DNA of 54,132 bases from Pauljensenia sp. (lineage in GTDB: Bacteria > Actinomycetota > Actinomycetes > Actinomycetales > Actinomycetaceae): the NCBI GenBank assembly GCA_029983625.1, contig JASBZF010000001.1:1-54132 (forward strand). Reading direction: 5' to 3'. The notes beneath the pieces were generated by a model that made no database searches, was not told the DNA's origin, and saw nothing but the letters and a program-made list of their open reading frames with translations. Below, piece by piece: positions 9,341 through 18,567 of the stretch; within the stretch, counting starts at the first letter, position 1; every line of letters begins with the position of its first letter. The position numbers were made by a program, and so were the translations under genes.

Positions 9341-10234
9341 TTAAGCGAGGAGGAGCATTGCACTCATGATGAGCGCGTAAGCCAGTGTGAACACACCCGT
9401 GCGACGCAGCACAGGAATAAGAGCAGCGCCTTTGGCGCCCATAATGACGGGGGAAACGACGGCTGCCGCACCAAAGGCCGTGAGGAACATCAGCGAAAGC
9501 GAAGTCGCCCAAGAAAACTCCAGCGCGTGAAGGACCGCCCCGACAACGGTGACGGAAATCGTGAAACAGACGGAAAACACTGTCCGAGATTTCGTATCAC
9601 CGAGGCGCACCGCGAGGGTGCGTTTCCCGCAGTCCCTGTCAGAAGGTAGATCACGGATATTGTTCACCATGAGAAGAGCGACGGATAAAAGCCCAAGAGC
9701 TGAAGCTAACCCCCATAACCAGCCCGGCGCTGCCTGGATCTGCGTCCAGGTGGTGCCCACGCACGCCATCAGGCCAAAGAAGAGAAAAACAAAGAGTTCG
9801 GACAATCCCACACCCATGTATCCGTAAGGAGTTCGCCCTCCCGTATAGAACCATCCGGCGAGGACGGCAAGTATTCCGGGGACGAGGAGAAGCCACTGTC
9901 CCGACAGGGCAAGAAGGACCAGACCGGAAGCGGCGGCCAGCGCGTAAAAAGCTAAGGCGACACCCAGGACAGCTTTCGCTGAAGCAAGACCGGAAGCGGT
10001 GAGCCTGAGAGGGCCTTGGCGGTGAGTATCGGTGCCTCTGATTCCGTCGGAGTAGTCGTTCGAATAGTTGACGCCGATCTGTAAAGCTAAGGCGACGCTG
10101 AGGGCGAGCACTGCACGCAGCGGATCAAATCCGCCAAGATGGTAGGCCGCTGCCGATCCGAGGATCACGGGGGAAGCTGCTGCGGGAAGAGTGCGTGGAC
10201 GAGCACCTTCAATCCACTGCGGTAGTGTCGTCAT
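9341..10234 (-). CDS. menA: DHNA polyprenyltransferase
   Basis: GARPRTLPA, NYSNDYSDGIRGTD, NNIRD..SD...GKRTLAVRLG; AAGGAG before ATG 10234. Confidence 0.95.
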   Translation of the reverse strand: MTTLPQWIEGARPRTLPAAASPVILGSAAAYHLGGFDPLRAVLALSVALALQIGVNYSNDYSDGIRGTDTHRQGPLRLTASGLASAKAVLGVALAFYALAAASGLVLLALSGQWLLLVPGILAVLAGWFYTGGRTPYGYMGVGLSELFVFLFFGLMACVGTTWTQIQAAPGWLWGLASALGLLSVALLMVNNIRDLPSDRDCGKRTLAVRLGDTKSRTVFSVCFTISVTVVGAVLHALEFSWATSLSLMFLTAFGAAAVVSPVIMGAKGAALIPVLRRTGVFTLAYALIMSAMLLLA

Positions 10235-10301
10235 CTGTGCAACTCCTTGCCGTCTGAGACGATGATGAGGCGCCAGGTGAGTCCTGAAGCCTGTTCTTGC
10301 G

Positions 10302-11624
10302 CTACCTACGCCAGTCGCGTTCGGGCCGACATTCGTCCTCGGCGATTGTGTGGGCAGCAATCCTATCGATCTTCACGCCGTTGAGACAGGGGAGGGCTTC
10401 GACGGCCACGACACGTCGGGGTGCGTAGGCGCGGCCAATACGAGAACCGACCTGGTCGCGGACCATTCGTCCGAGGGCTTGCATCTGTTCAGGTGAGTGT
10501 GGCATTTCTTGTGGAACGACGAGGGCGGTGACGATCTGCCCCCACTTTTCATCAGGGGTCGCCGTGACCCACGAATCTGCAATACCGGGTATGTCGAGCA
10601 GTGCGTTGAGGACTTGTCCTGGCGCAACTGAAAGCCCTCCGGTGAGGATCACATCATCAGCTCGGCCTTCGACGCGCACCACACCGCCGCCGGTAATGAC
10701 TCCGAGATCCCCCGTTAAAAGCCAGGTGTGCCCGCCCTCGTCAAAAAAAGGAGAATCGGCATCGAGGTAGCGGTTCATGAGGACCGGACCGGAGATGGCT
10801 AAACGATTCGCGCCGTCACGGTCAACGGCGCGGACCTGGACGCCGGGTAAAGGTGTGCCGTCGTAGACACAGCCGCCGCAGGTCTCTGTCATGCCGTAGG
10901 TTGTCACGATTTTAAGACCGGCCTGTTTGGCGCGTTCGAGCAGAGCTTTTTGTGTTGCTGCCCCGCCGATAAGAATCGCGGCGAGAGAGCGCATCGCAGT
11001 GAGTACTTCTTCACCGGCTTCCAGGCAGGCGGCGAGCTGCGTGGGGACAAGAGAAAGGTATCCGGGTACCTCGGGATTTTCAGTGGCCCCCGCAATTGCT
11101 GGTAAAAGGGCTGAGGGGCGGAAAGTATCTGGACTGTCCACGATGAGAGGATCAGTGCCCGCGACGGCGGCGCGCACGAGGACCATCGCTCCGGCGATGT
11201 GATGGGTGGGGAGAGCGAGAATCCAACGACCGGGGCCTTGAAGGGCAAGGTGGGTGGCATTCGCGGAAGCGAGGAGAGCTTCGACTGAAAGCCCAACAAG
11301 GTGGGGGGCACCTGAAGTGGAGCCGGAGGTGGAAACAATCAGGTCCACGCCTGTGAAGAGGGAAGGATCTTCGATTTTTTGTGCGAGAGCGGGGAAGTGT
11401 TCGGCGGGGAATGCCTGCGCGGGAGTGGTGGCGCTTTGCTGAAGTGACGAGGGCGGAACCTCTCGCGGATCACGCAGTGCGACGAGTGTATGCGGTGCGG
11501 GATGCTCGGGATCTGCGAGGCGTTCTTCGTGGAGCTCGATGATTTTATGGATTGCCGCGTTCGCGAGGGCGACGGCCCCGATCTGCATACCGCCAGGGAC
11601 GACGAGGATGCGCGTGTGAGACAT
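10302..11624 (-). CDS. menE: o-succinylbenzoate-CoA ligase
   Basis: TSGSTSG P-loop, LPTHHIAG, TYGMTETCGGCVYDG, TGDLG, GRADD; men context. Confidence 0.9.
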   Translation of the reverse strand: MSHTRILVVPGGMQIGAVALANAAIHKIIELHEERLADPEHPAPHTLVALRDPREVPPSSLQQSATTPAQAFPAEHFPALAQKIEDPSLFTGVDLIVSTSGSTSGAPHLVGLSVEALLASANATHLALQGPGRWILALPTHHIAGAMVLVRAAVAGTDPLIVDSPDTFRPSALLPAIAGATENPEVPGYLSLVPTQLAACLEAGEEVLTAMRSLAAILIGGAATQKALLERAKQAGLKIVTTYGMTETCGGCVYDGTPLPGVQVRAVDRDGANRLAISGPVLMNRYLDADSPFFDEGGHTWLLTGDLGVITGGGVVRVEGRADDVILTGGLSVAPGQVLNALLDIPGIADSWVTATPDEKWGQIVTALVVPQEMPHSPEQMQALGRMVRDQVGSRIGRAYAPRRVVAVEALPCLNGVKIDRIAAHTIAEDECRPERDWRR

Positions 11625-11839
11625 CGAGACCTCCTAGGCGATGAAAAGGGGCAGTGTGCTTGGGTCCGTTTTCTGATTCGATCCGAACAGCCTAGGTAGT
11701 TTACTGAGAAACTGCGAAGTTGAGGTTCTTGTGGGTGTCGAAGTGTTGTCCCTGTGTGGGGATCGGGCTTTGAGTTGAAAATGAAAACATAGTGGACGCG
11801 CGGAGCCTCAGTGCGGTAGCAGCGGATATCATATGCCCG

Positions 11840-13279
11840 ATGATGATGCGAATTTCGACAAAAATGAAAGTGGTGATCGCTTCGGTTGCCGCTTTGCTTG
11901 TCGTCCTCGTGGGTGCCACCGCAGCCTATGCGATCTCCTATGCGGATCGTGTACTTCCTGGAATGAGGCTTGCGGGTGAATCCGTGACCGGCATGTCCCG
12001 TGAAGAGCTTGTGTCTGTGATTGAGTCTCGTGCTGCGGATACGAAGATCACTTTTAACATTAACGGCACCGCAACTGAGACGAGCCTGTCTCAGGCAGGT
12101 GTCACAGTGGATGCGCAGAGTACCGCGGATGCGGTGTTCGCTCCCAACGCGGGATTCGGCTCGAAGATCGGCGCTCTTTTCCGTTCCCAGGATGTGACTC
12201 CGGTTTTGAAAACGGATGAGAAAGCCCTCGCGTCTTTCGCGACTGAGCTTGCCGCCACCACGGGGACTCCGGTGACGGATGCGACAGTGCTTCTTGGTGA
12301 AGACGGTGTGACTTTCACGACGACACAATCTGCCGTGGGATCGCTTGTCGATGAAGAAGCAGTCAAGAAAGCTGTGATGACTCAAGGCATGGCTTTGACT
12401 TCGGGGTCGTATGCTTTGCAGGCTCGCGAAGTGAGCCCGAAAGTGACGAATGAAGCGGCTTTCACTGCAGCTGAGTCTGCGAACGCGATGGTTGCTCTGG
12501 ATGTTGTTCTCAGTGACGGCGTTGAAGTCTTTCCTGCTTCCGCTGTCGATAAGGCATCCTGGGTGAAGATCGAGCCGAATAACGATGGCACTGTGAAGGT
12601 GTCGCTTGATGCTGAGAAGTCAGCTGCCTGGGTGAAAAGGATTGTGGATGAGACGAATATCGAGGTCGTCAACGGCATTCGCAACATCAATAGTTACGGT
12701 ACGGTGGTTGCCGTCGCAAAGGAAGGTGTTGCGGGTAGGAGTGCAAATAACACGGATGCGCTTGCACGCGCCTTAATGACGGCCTTGACTGCGGGACAGG
12801 CATATTCGGGAACCATTACTTACGACGATGTTCCTCCGACTTTTGAAGAGCGTCTCATCGCCGATGGGGCGGAAAAACTGATCTACCAGGCGGCCCCTGG
12901 TGAGAAGTGGATCGATATTGATCTGACTGCTATCACGATCACCCTGTATGAAGGTGCCACTGTTGTTGGTGGTCCTTTTGCGATGGTTCCGGGCGCACCC
13001 CAGACTCCGACGGTGCAGGGCATCTATCACGTCTACCTCAAGTATCCGTCTCAGACGATGCGCGGTACGAACGTTGACGGCACGCCTTATGTGGCACCAA
13101 ACGTTCCCTGGGTGACTTACTTCACCGGTTCCTATGCGATACACGGGGCTCCGTGGTTGCAGAGTTTTGGCTGGAAGGGGGACGAGGGTTCGCACGGATG
13201 CCTCAATATGCCGGTGTCAGCGGCAAAACGTGTGTTTGACTGGGCGGACATCGGTACGACGGTGGTCTCACACGAATGA
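11840..13279 (+). CDS. L,D-transpeptidase (YkuD) with N-terminal anchor and peptidoglycan-binding domain
   Basis: YAIHGAPW...GSHGCLNM catalytic motif; TATCAT 7 nt before ATG 11840. Confidence 0.88.
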   Translation: MMMRISTKMKVVIASVAALLVVLVGATAAYAISYADRVLPGMRLAGESVTGMSREELVSVIESRAADTKITFNINGTATETSLSQAGVTVDAQSTADAVFAPNAGFGSKIGALFRSQDVTPVLKTDEKALASFATELAATTGTPVTDATVLLGEDGVTFTTTQSAVGSLVDEEAVKKAVMTQGMALTSGSYALQAREVSPKVTNEAAFTAAESANAMVALDVVLSDGVEVFPASAVDKASWVKIEPNNDGTVKVSLDAEKSAAWVKRIVDETNIEVVNGIRNINSYGTVVAVAKEGVAGRSANNTDALARALMTALTAGQAYSGTITYDDVPPTFEERLIADGAEKLIYQAAPGEKWIDIDLTAITITLYEGATVVGGPFAMVPGAPQTPTVQGIYHVYLKYPSQTMRGTNVDGTPYVAPNVPWVTYFTGSYAIHGAPWLQSFGWKGDEGSHGCLNMPVSAAKRVFDWADIGTTVVSHE

Positions 13280-13357
13280 GCGCACAATGAAACCCGCGCT
13301 CCCACTCTGCCTTCAAAGAGCAATCAAGGTCGAGGGGAGCAGGCGTGGCATGTGAAG

Positions 13358-13404
13358 GGCTGCGGGTGGGGCGGCGCATGAAAAGCGCCCACCTCACCGC
13401 CCCG
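13358..13404. terminator. Imperfect GC-rich hairpin between convergent genes
   Basis: ggtggggcggcgc-atgaaaa-gcgcccacctcacc. Confidence 0.45.
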
Positions 13405-13408
13405 TACT

Positions 13409-14389
13409 TTAGAAGTAATACGGGTGCGCGCTCCAGTCGGGAGCGCGGTGCTCCAAGAAAGCGTCGCGTCCTTCTTGAGCTTCCGGCGTCATATACGCCA
13501 TGCGTGTCGCTTCACCTGCAAAAAGCTGCTGTCCTGCCATTCCGTCGTCTGCGAGGTTGAAAGCAAACTTCAGCATACGGATCGCTTGCGGGGACTTCGT
13601 GGCGATTGTTGCGGCCCATTCCAGTGCCGTCTCTTCGAGGCGAGAATGTGGGACTGCGGCGTTGACCACTCCCCAGCGTTCAGCGGTTTGAGCGTCGTAG
13701 CGCTTGGCGAGGAAGAAGATTTCGCGCGCGCGTTTATCTCCGACTTGACGGGCAAGCAGCGCTGAACCGTAGCCTGCGTCGAAGGACCCAACATTTGCGT
13801 CGGTCTGCATGAATGCCGCGTGTTCTTGCGATGCGACAGAAAGGTCGCAAATCACGTTGAGTGAGTGACCTCCACCTGCCGCCCATCCGGGAATTGCGGC
13901 GATTACCACTTTTGGCATGTGGCGGATTAATCGTTGAACTTCAAGGATATGAAGCCGACCGGCGCGCGTCGGATCAACCTGTTCACGCCGCGTCGCGGTG
14001 TCTGCGCCCTCGTCAGCACCTTCGACCTCGTAACGGTAGCCGTCGGCTCCGCGTACTCGTTGATCCCCGCCCGAACAGAAAGAATAGCCGCCGTCTTTTG
14101 CGCTCGGCCCATTCCCCGTGAGGATGACCGCTGCGACATCACTGGTCTGGCGTGCATGATCGAGGCAGCGGTACAGCTCATCAACGGTTGCGGGTCTGAA
14201 AGCATTGCGGATGTCGGGACGGTCAAAGGCGATGCGCACCACCGGCAGATCTTCGCCTGCGCGGCGGCCATCCTGTTCTACTCCACGCGAGATTCCACGA
14301 TGGTAGGTGATGTCGTGGAGTGTGAAGCCTGCGACTTCGCGCCACCGAGTCGGGTCGAAGGTGTCAGAAACGAAGGGAAGGGCACTCAT
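13409..14389 (-). CDS. menB: 1,4-dihydroxy-2-naphthoyl-CoA synthase
   Basis: RNAFRP, FCSGGDQR, GWAAGGGHSL, VGSFDAGYGS; TAGGCT 6 nt before the ATG. Confidence 0.97.
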   Translation of the reverse strand: MSALPFVSDTFDPTRWREVAGFTLHDITYHRGISRGVEQDGRRAGEDLPVVRIAFDRPDIRNAFRPATVDELYRCLDHARQTSDVAAVILTGNGPSAKDGGYSFCSGGDQRVRGADGYRYEVEGADEGADTATRREQVDPTRAGRLHILEVQRLIRHMPKVVIAAIPGWAAGGGHSLNVICDLSVASQEHAAFMQTDANVGSFDAGYGSALLARQVGDKRAREIFFLAKRYDAQTAERWGVVNAAVPHSRLEETALEWAATIATKSPQAIRMLKFAFNLADDGMAGQQLFAGEATRMAYMTPEAQEGRDAFLEHRAPDWSAHPYYF

Positions 14390-14598
14390 GGCACAAGCCT
14401 ACGCAAGCGCCAGCTCTCTTCTTTCCGCAGTGTGTATCTCGGTGTGTGTCTCGCCTGTGTTTCCCGTGGCCTTCTTCAGCTTGTGAGGTCGTATATGTAC
14501 CGGATGGGATACGGGTTTGTGTGGGATTGTGCGCTCTTCTTTCTGGGCGCTGTGTTTGTGCGAACGGAAATGCCGATGAGGACGGGTAATCTGCGGAC

Positions 14599-15708
14599 AT
14601 GACCGAGCTGCCCGTCTTCACATTTGCGCCGGCATCTGCGCACGACCTCGTCTTTTCCTTGGACTGTGCGCGTGCTGAATCGTGTACGCACTCGTGGATC
14701 GCAAGCTTTCACATTACGGAGAACATGAGTGAGTCTGAGCGCCGTGGACTGGCGGTCCTCGCCGCCGCCCACGGCGCCTGGGAAGCGCGCGGGGACGGGG
14801 GAACTCGACTCGTCGCTTTGGAAAGTGAGCTTGATGACGCGCTCAAAATAATCGCAGCTCGGGAAGATGAGTCGGGAGACATTGCTCTTGTGTGTGCGAA
14901 TCAGGAAGGAGCTGAGGGCCTGAAACACTGGCATCGCAGTGCCTGGGAAGCGGGATACTCCCTACGTTTGGCCTCCCCTAAGGAGTGGGCACATCTGAGA
15001 AGCAAACCCCTTTGCCCACTTGTGATCTGTGCAGGAGCAGTCGAACCTGAGTTTATTGAGGATGAGTGCCGTCAGGGCAGACAGGTCATCTGGGATACCT
15101 CTAAAGAAGATGAGAATCCGCAATATACAGATTCTGAAATCGTGGCCTATCGCATTTCCCGTGCGCACAGAACTTTCCTCGACGCATGTACTCCTCCCTC
15201 TTCCTCACCGCTTGCGCCTGGGCCTTTACTTCGTGAGGTCTCACCGTTACTGAAACGCGCCATGAAACTCCTCGGCGATCCGCCTCCCGCTGCGCGCACA
15301 CTGAACGCTTCGCCTGCTCCGCTGAGGAATATCGGAGCTTCGGAGCAGGTCATCGCCTCTTGCCCTCAGTCTTCAGATCCCATCTTGACGTACCAGCCCT
15401 GTGCTTCGGGCGGCCTGTGGAGGATATCGGCCCGTCTGGATGCGGCAACCCGCCGCGCCCTCCTCGCCCTCGTCGCAGCTGTTGCGTATCTGGCACCTCC
15501 GCAAGCGACTGTGCCCGACGGAGTGGAGGCCGTGCATCGATCCGGGGCGCTTTTTCTTTTCAACCATGCCGATCGCGCGCGTGAACTCTCAGCAGTCATT
15601 GGTCGTGATGCGGTTTCAGAATCGGAATGTACGGGACACGCCCTTTTGGGACCGGCCTCGGCGATGCTTCTCCTTGAGGCGGGCGAACATACTCACAGGC
15701 GGGCATGA
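14599..15708 (+). CDS. Uncharacterised protein resembling GH42 beta-galactosidase trimerisation and C-terminal domains without an intact catalytic barrel
   Basis: C-terminal PDGVEAVHRSGALFLFNH...GRDAVS...LLGPASAMLL; TAATCT 6 nt before the ATG; ATGA overlap with menC. Confidence 0.6.
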   Translation: MTELPVFTFAPASAHDLVFSLDCARAESCTHSWIASFHITENMSESERRGLAVLAAAHGAWEARGDGGTRLVALESELDDALKIIAAREDESGDIALVCANQEGAEGLKHWHRSAWEAGYSLRLASPKEWAHLRSKPLCPLVICAGAVEPEFIEDECRQGRQVIWDTSKEDENPQYTDSEIVAYRISRAHRTFLDACTPPSSSPLAPGPLLREVSPLLKRAMKLLGDPPPAARTLNASPAPLRNIGASEQVIASCPQSSDPILTYQPCASGGLWRISARLDAATRRALLALVAAVAYLAPPQATVPDGVEAVHRSGALFLFNHADRARELSAVIGRDAVSESECTGHALLGPASAMLLLEAGEHTHRRA

Positions 15709-16778
15709 TGGACGCTATGTTTCGGCCTCGACACTCCGCTTGTCTTTCTCGAATCGACATCCCCACACTTCCATCGCATGTGCGCGCAGTCTTAGAAGGA
15801 ATCGACGAGCTTTTCGTGTACGAGCTGGCGATGAATGTTCGCTTCCGTCAGGTGAAGAGCCGAAACGGTCTTTTACTGCGCGGAAAGTACGGGTGGGCGG
15901 AGGCAGCTCCCTTCTGGGATTACGATCCGGTTGAGTCTGCGACATGGCTTGAAGGGGCGATTGATACGGCACTTTCACCTAGGCTTCGTCTCTACCACGA
16001 TACAGTCCCCGTGAATGTGACGATCCCGGTTGTTTCTCCTGACGCAGCCAGGGAGCGCGTGATGCGCTCAGGGGGCTGCACTACTGCCAAAGTGAAGGTC
16101 GCTGATCCGGGAGTAAGCCTTGATGATGATGTGGAACGAGTGCGCGCGGTCGCTCATGCTCTTGCGCACACGGTCGGCAAGGCGGCTCGTGTCCGCATCG
16201 ACGCAAATGCGGCCTGGAACGTGGAGGAGGCGATCAGAGCGATCGAACTCTTTGACGAGGCGGCCAGTACGGTCGGGGGTATTGAATACGTAGAACAGCC
16301 CTGTGCCAGTATCGATGAACTTGTGCATGTGCGTCACGCAGTGCGCGTCCCCATCGCCGCCGATGAGTCCATTCGTCGTGCTTGTGATCCTCTGGAGGTT
16401 GCGCGTGCGGGCGCTGCTGATATCGCGATCATCAAAATAGCGCCCCTGGGAGGGGTGAGGAAAGCCTTGCAGATCGCAGAAGAAACGGGCCTGCAGCCGG
16501 TGATTTCTTCCGCCCTCGAATCTTCAATCGGTATTCAAAGCGCAGTGCGTGCTGCCGCATCGATTCCAGGAGAACTTCTTGCATGCGGGCTTGCGACCGC
16601 TTCCTTTTTTACTTCCGATCTTGTCGCCGAACCCGTGCGTGTTGAGGCCGGAGCCTTGCCCGTTCGTGATCTTGCCCCCGATATGCGTCTCCTCGCTTCG
16701 CCCGTTGATGAAGCGCTGCGTATTCGCTGGGTACAACGCCTCAGTGCGATGGCCCTTCACCTTCAGGAACAGCAATGA
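15705..16778 (+). CDS. menC: o-succinylbenzoate synthase
   Basis: Enolase-family KVK, DANAAW, EQP, DESIR, KIAPLGG motifs. Confidence 0.93.
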   Translation: MMDAMFRPRHSACLSRIDIPTLPSHVRAVLEGIDELFVYELAMNVRFRQVKSRNGLLLRGKYGWAEAAPFWDYDPVESATWLEGAIDTALSPRLRLYHDTVPVNVTIPVVSPDAARERVMRSGGCTTAKVKVADPGVSLDDDVERVRAVAHALAHTVGKAARVRIDANAAWNVEEAIRAIELFDEAASTVGGIEYVEQPCASIDELVHVRHAVRVPIAADESIRRACDPLEVARAGAADIAIIKIAPLGGVRKALQIAEETGLQPVISSALESSIGIQSAVRAAASIPGELLACGLATASFFTSDLVAEPVRVEAGALPVRDLAPDMRLLASPVDEALRIRWVQRLSAMALHLQEQQ

Positions 16779-18502
16779 GCTACCCATCCGAATTACTTGC
16801 TCGCTCGCTGATCGCCGCCCTCATTTCGGCAGGAATCCGCGATGTGGTCTACTGTCCCGGTTCTCGTTCGGCACCGCTTGCCTACGCCCTAGCGGCTGCA
16901 GTCGATGCCGGGCTTCTTCGCGCCCACGTTCGCCTTGATGAACGTTCGGCCTGTTTCCTTGCACTCGGATTGTCGAGGGCGGGACGAAAAGAGGAATCAT
17001 GCTCAGATGATGCTCCTGTGTACGCTCACCCGGCTCCCGTTGCCATCATCACAACCTCCGGGGGAGCGGTTGCAGAACTTCATGCAGGAGTTGCTGAAGC
17101 CCATCATGCGCATCTTCCCCTCATTGTGGTGAGCGCGGATCGTCCCGCAGAAATGCGAGGGGTAGGGGCATCCCAGACAACAATGCAGGCCGGGATTTTC
17201 GGCCCTCACGTGCGGACATGTCTGGATCTGCCCGCTGATTCCCTTCCCGGTTTCAGTCTCAATGCCCGTATCGGGCGTGTCGTGGCTTGTGCGCAGGGGC
17301 TACCTTCAGGAAACGCGGGCCCCGTTCAGATCAACATCGCTTTCCGTGAACCTTTGACCCCGCAAGGTGGCTCAATTCAGGCTCTCCCTTTTTCTGTGGA
17401 GGGATCCGTGTCCGCGCGCGTGCATCCGAGCCTAAGTGTTCCGATCGCATGGGAGGAGGTGATCGACGCAGGTCTGTCTACGGTCATTATCGCCGGTGAC
17501 GGTGCTGATCCCTGTGCGTCATCGTGGGCGGCAGCAGCCCGGATCCCGATCCTGGCTGAACCGAGCAGTGCTTTGGCCTTCGATGCGCTACGTGTGCCTT
17601 TTGAACAATCCCTCCTCGAATCTGATCTGGCCGACAAGATCGAACAGGTCATTGTCACGGGCAGGCCAACTTTGTCGCGTTCCGTGTCAGCTCTCCTTGC
17701 GCGTCCAGACCTGCGGATTGTGGTGGTGGATTCAACGAGTACGTGGACTGATGTCGCCGGTGTTGCTTCCCGTGTGGTGCCTGCACTCACTCCGCCTCAT
17801 GAACGGGATGTGTGGAGTGCGAATGAGGCGTGGCTTCAATGCTGGCGCACTCTCGCTCAGGCGACGGGTGACAGGATCAGATCGATCCTCGATGCGGCTC
17901 CTTTCAGTGTCCTTCATGCGGCACAGACCGTGTGGTCCTACGATTCGCGCACTCTTTTCCTGGGCGCGTCTAACTCGGTGCGAGCCGCTGATTTGGTGGC
18001 AGACTGTGGGCCTTCGCGTACGGTTGTGTCCAACCGTGGGCTTGCTGGTATTGATGGAACGATTTCTACGGCAATAGGTCTCGCCCTCGGCACAGGAGAG
18101 CCGGTCACTGCCCTTATGGGTGATCTGTCTTTCTTCCATGACGCTGCCGCATTGGCCATTCCTGCAGATGAGCCGGTGCCTGATCTTCTTCTCCTCGTCG
18201 CTGACGACGGGGGTGGTGGCATTTTTCAGGGTTTGGAACACGGTCATCCTGAGAACGCTCCGACTTTTGAGCGATGGTTTGCGACTCCTCAACGCACATC
18301 GATTGAGGGTCTTGCGTGCGCCTATGGGGTCAGCTACCGGGAAGTTACGACACGAGAAGATCTGCGTGCTCTTCTTGAATGCAGTACGAAAGGCATTGTG
18401 GTGTGCAGAATCCCATGTTCGCGCCCTCGCGCACTTCAGGACGTGAAAAGGGCCTCACGGGATCTTCGCCTTCTCAGCAAACATTCAGATCAGATTCAGT
18501 AA
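16775..18502 (+). CDS. menD: SEPHCHC synthase
   Basis: CPGSRSAPL, DERSA, NRGLAGIDG, GDLSFFHD, GGGGIF. Confidence 0.95.
   Translation: MSYPSELLARSLIAALISAGIRDVVYCPGSRSAPLAYALAAAVDAGLLRAHVRLDERSACFLALGLSRAGRKEESCSDDAPVYAHPAPVAIITTSGGAVAELHAGVAEAHHAHLPLIVVSADRPAEMRGVGASQTTMQAGIFGPHVRTCLDLPADSLPGFSLNARIGRVVACAQGLPSGNAGPVQINIAFREPLTPQGGSIQALPFSVEGSVSARVHPSLSVPIAWEEVIDAGLSTVIIAGDGADPCASSWAAAARIPILAEPSSALAFDALRVPFEQSLLESDLADKIEQVIVTGRPTLSRSVSALLARPDLRIVVVDSTSTWTDVAGVASRVVPALTPPHERDVWSANEAWLQCWRTLAQATGDRIRSILDAAPFSVLHAAQTVWSYDSRTLFLGASNSVRAADLVADCGPSRTVVSNRGLAGIDGTISTAIGLALGTGEPVTALMGDLSFFHDAAALAIPADEPVPDLLLLVADDGGGGIFQGLEHGHPENAPTFERWFATPQRTSIEGLACAYGVSYREVTTREDLRALLECSTKGIVVCRIPCSRPRALQDVKRASRDLRLLSKHSDQIQ
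18472..18499 (+). promoter_or_regulatory. Putative MprA-like response regulator site upstream of htrA
   Basis: TCTCAG-N5-ATTCAG-N5-ATTCAG with 11 bp period. Confidence 0.5.
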
Positions 18503-18567
18503 TGCAGAAGCCAAGACCTGCACACTGGTGTCATCAGCCACGATTGGCCGCTTGAAAGAAGGAATCT

